Shown piece after piece: positions 15,854 to 17,048 of a DNA stretch of 17,048 nt; the first letter of the stretch is position 1, and every line of letters starts with the position of its first letter. The translations under genes were made by a program, and so were the position numbers. Source of the DNA: Sulfurimonadaceae bacterium (GTDB taxonomy: Bacteria; Campylobacterota; Campylobacteria; Campylobacterales; Sulfurimonadaceae); NCBI GenBank assembly GCA_041562555.1, contig JBFEXS010000038.1, forward strand, positions 1-17,048, in the 5' to 3' direction. The notes under the pieces were generated by a model. It did no database searches, was not told where the DNA came from, and saw only the letters and a list, made by a program, of their open reading frames with translations.

Positions 15854-16216
15854 ATGAAAGTTATTATAGATTTTATTGAAGACATTCGTACGGCGATCAA
15901 TAATGATCCGGATTTTTCTTTGCGCGTAGTTGGTTTATCGGAACAGAAAAAATCCGAGTTTGTCCCGACATGGCAGAGTGAATTGTGCAGTTATAAGCTG
16001 GACGAGGAACAAGGAAAGATCTTTCTGTTCATGGGAAAGGAGCAGGGCTTGAATGTCGGTGAGTTTTTACAGATGCTTAATGCCCTGAGCAATGATAAGA
16101 TGATGTATGAGATCTGTGTCTCATATAGTAAAGAGAACAGACGTATCGACGCATCATTAATGGGATTTGGTGAGTCATTTAGGGATAAAAGATACTTACT
16201 GTTTATCCCGGAGTGA
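15854..16216 (+). CDS. Hypothetical cytoplasmic protein (120 aa)
   Basis: Clean ORF with protein-like composition; TATAAT at 15842-15847, 6 nt before the ATG. Confidence 0.75.
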   Translation: MKVIIDFIEDIRTAINNDPDFSLRVVGLSEQKKSEFVPTWQSELCSYKLDEEQGKIFLFMGKEQGLNVGEFLQMLNALSNDKMMYEICVSYSKENRRIDASLMGFGESFRDKRYLLFIPE

Positions 16217-16229
16217 TATAGTTGAAAAG

Positions 16230-16700
16230 ATGAAATACATTCTATTGGGTATCTTGCTTCTGTCGTTGAATGCATGTTCGCAAAAAAAACCGGGTGTCGA
16301 GATCTCCGAGGCTATATGGCCGTATGAATTTTATAACCGCTTCAATCTTCGTACGATTATTAGTTCCTATTCAAACCCTTTAAAAGTATTGTGCGCCTCT
16401 TATCCTAAGGATTTTTACAGGCCAAGCAAGGTTAGAATGCCCAACACGGAGAAGGTTGTCATTGAGGATAAAAACCATTATCTGTCATTTGAGTTAGTCT
16501 CACAGGATCAAGTCATTGTAGAAGATATCATCAAAGATGGGACATATCATGCGACACACCTCTACAGAATCTATTATAATGAGGAGAATGATGATTTTCG
16601 TACCGAATCGTTTTTTATCCCTCAGCGTGAAAATTGTATAGAGCTTGTCTTGAAAGAGGATGAAAACAGTTCAGAAGTGAAACGAAGTACAAAAAAATAG
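16230..16700 (+). CDS. Hypothetical lipoprotein (156 aa; start revised from 16167)
   Basis: ATG at 16230 gives MKYILLGILLLSLNAC, a signal peptide II with lipobox LNAC, and removes the overlap with the upstream gene. Confidence 0.8.
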   Translation: MKYILLGILLLSLNACSQKKPGVEISEAIWPYEFYNRFNLRTIISSYSNPLKVLCASYPKDFYRPSKVRMPNTEKVVIEDKNHYLSFELVSQDQVIVEDIIKDGTYHATHLYRIYYNEENDDFRTESFFIPQRENCIELVLKEDENSSEVKRSTKK

Positions 16701-16809
16701 TGAAATTTTAGAAAAACTTATAATTATGTGAGATTACTTTAAGCCAAAGAAGATAAACTTTATCCAAATAAATGCTAATGTAAGTAGTTTTTAGTTATGC
16801 TTGCATCTA

Positions 16810-17048
16810 ATGAAACAAGATGTAGTTGCTAAAAAGAAGTTTGGACAGAACTTTCTTATTGATGAAAGTGTTGTCAGAAAAATTGTCGAAGCGATGCCCA
16901 ATAATAATAATCTTATTGCAGAGATTGGGCCTGGCTTAGGTGATTTGACTAAACATTTAGTAAACGTCAAAAGCGTGATTGCTTTTGAAGTGGACACCGA
17001 TTTGTGTAAGCTCCTTAACGAAGAGTTTAAAGAAGAGATGAATACCGG
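16810..17048 (+). CDS. rsmA: 16S rRNA adenine dimethyltransferase, 5' part (runs off the window)
   Basis: Manual translation MKQDVVAKKKFGQNFLID...AEIGPGLGDLT...AFEVD: KKFGQNFL and EIGPG.G SAM-binding motifs. Not in the ORF track. Confidence 0.96.
   Translation, partial: MKQDVVAKKKFGQNFLIDESVVRKIVEAMPNNNNLIAEIGPGLGDLTKHLVNVKSVIAFEVDTDLCKLLNEEFKEEMNT

Noticed and set aside
16167..16229. N-terminal extension of the lipoprotein ORF given by the track
   Set aside because: Overlaps the upstream gene and would bury the signal peptide; ATG 16230 fits better.
16791..16997. 68-aa - strand ORF
   Set aside because: Antisense shadow of rsmA.

Overview
Core chromosomal segment of a Campylobacterota (Sulfurimonas-like, judged from protein sequences and gene order), probably close to oriC because it carries two perfect parS palindromes. 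Gene order: partial hypothetical gene (-), nrdA (-), purB (-), RluA-family pseudouridine synthase (+), OlsF-like PlsC/GNAT acyltransferase (-), a 658-bp structured AT-rich gap, perR (-) divergent from desulforubrerythrin and di-haem cytochrome c peroxidase (+), an atypical REC-GGEEF cyclase (+), a hisF-nucleoside phosphorylase-rlmN-small membrane protein operon (-), four poorly characterised genes, and the 5' part of rsmA/ksgA (+). The most striking unexplained signal lies between nrdA and the first gene. A 41-nt segment (471-511), read on the - strand, is complementary (34 Watson-Crick + 2 G-U pairs over 42 columns) to the Shine-Dalgarno, start codon and first codons of the neighbouring gene (190-230). 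The same segment can alternatively sequester the SD of an unannotated 32-aa ORF. This looks like a candidate dual-function antisense RNA or RNA switch. Other points: a parS site written into a conserved RluA coding motif, Pho-box-like 11-bp repeats before the olsF-like gene, a cluster of DnaA-box-like sites, further small ORFs below the ORF-track cutoff, probable leaderless mRNAs, and a cyclase lacking both the phospho-acceptor Asp and the I-site. All calls were made by eye; no database searches or folding programs were run.
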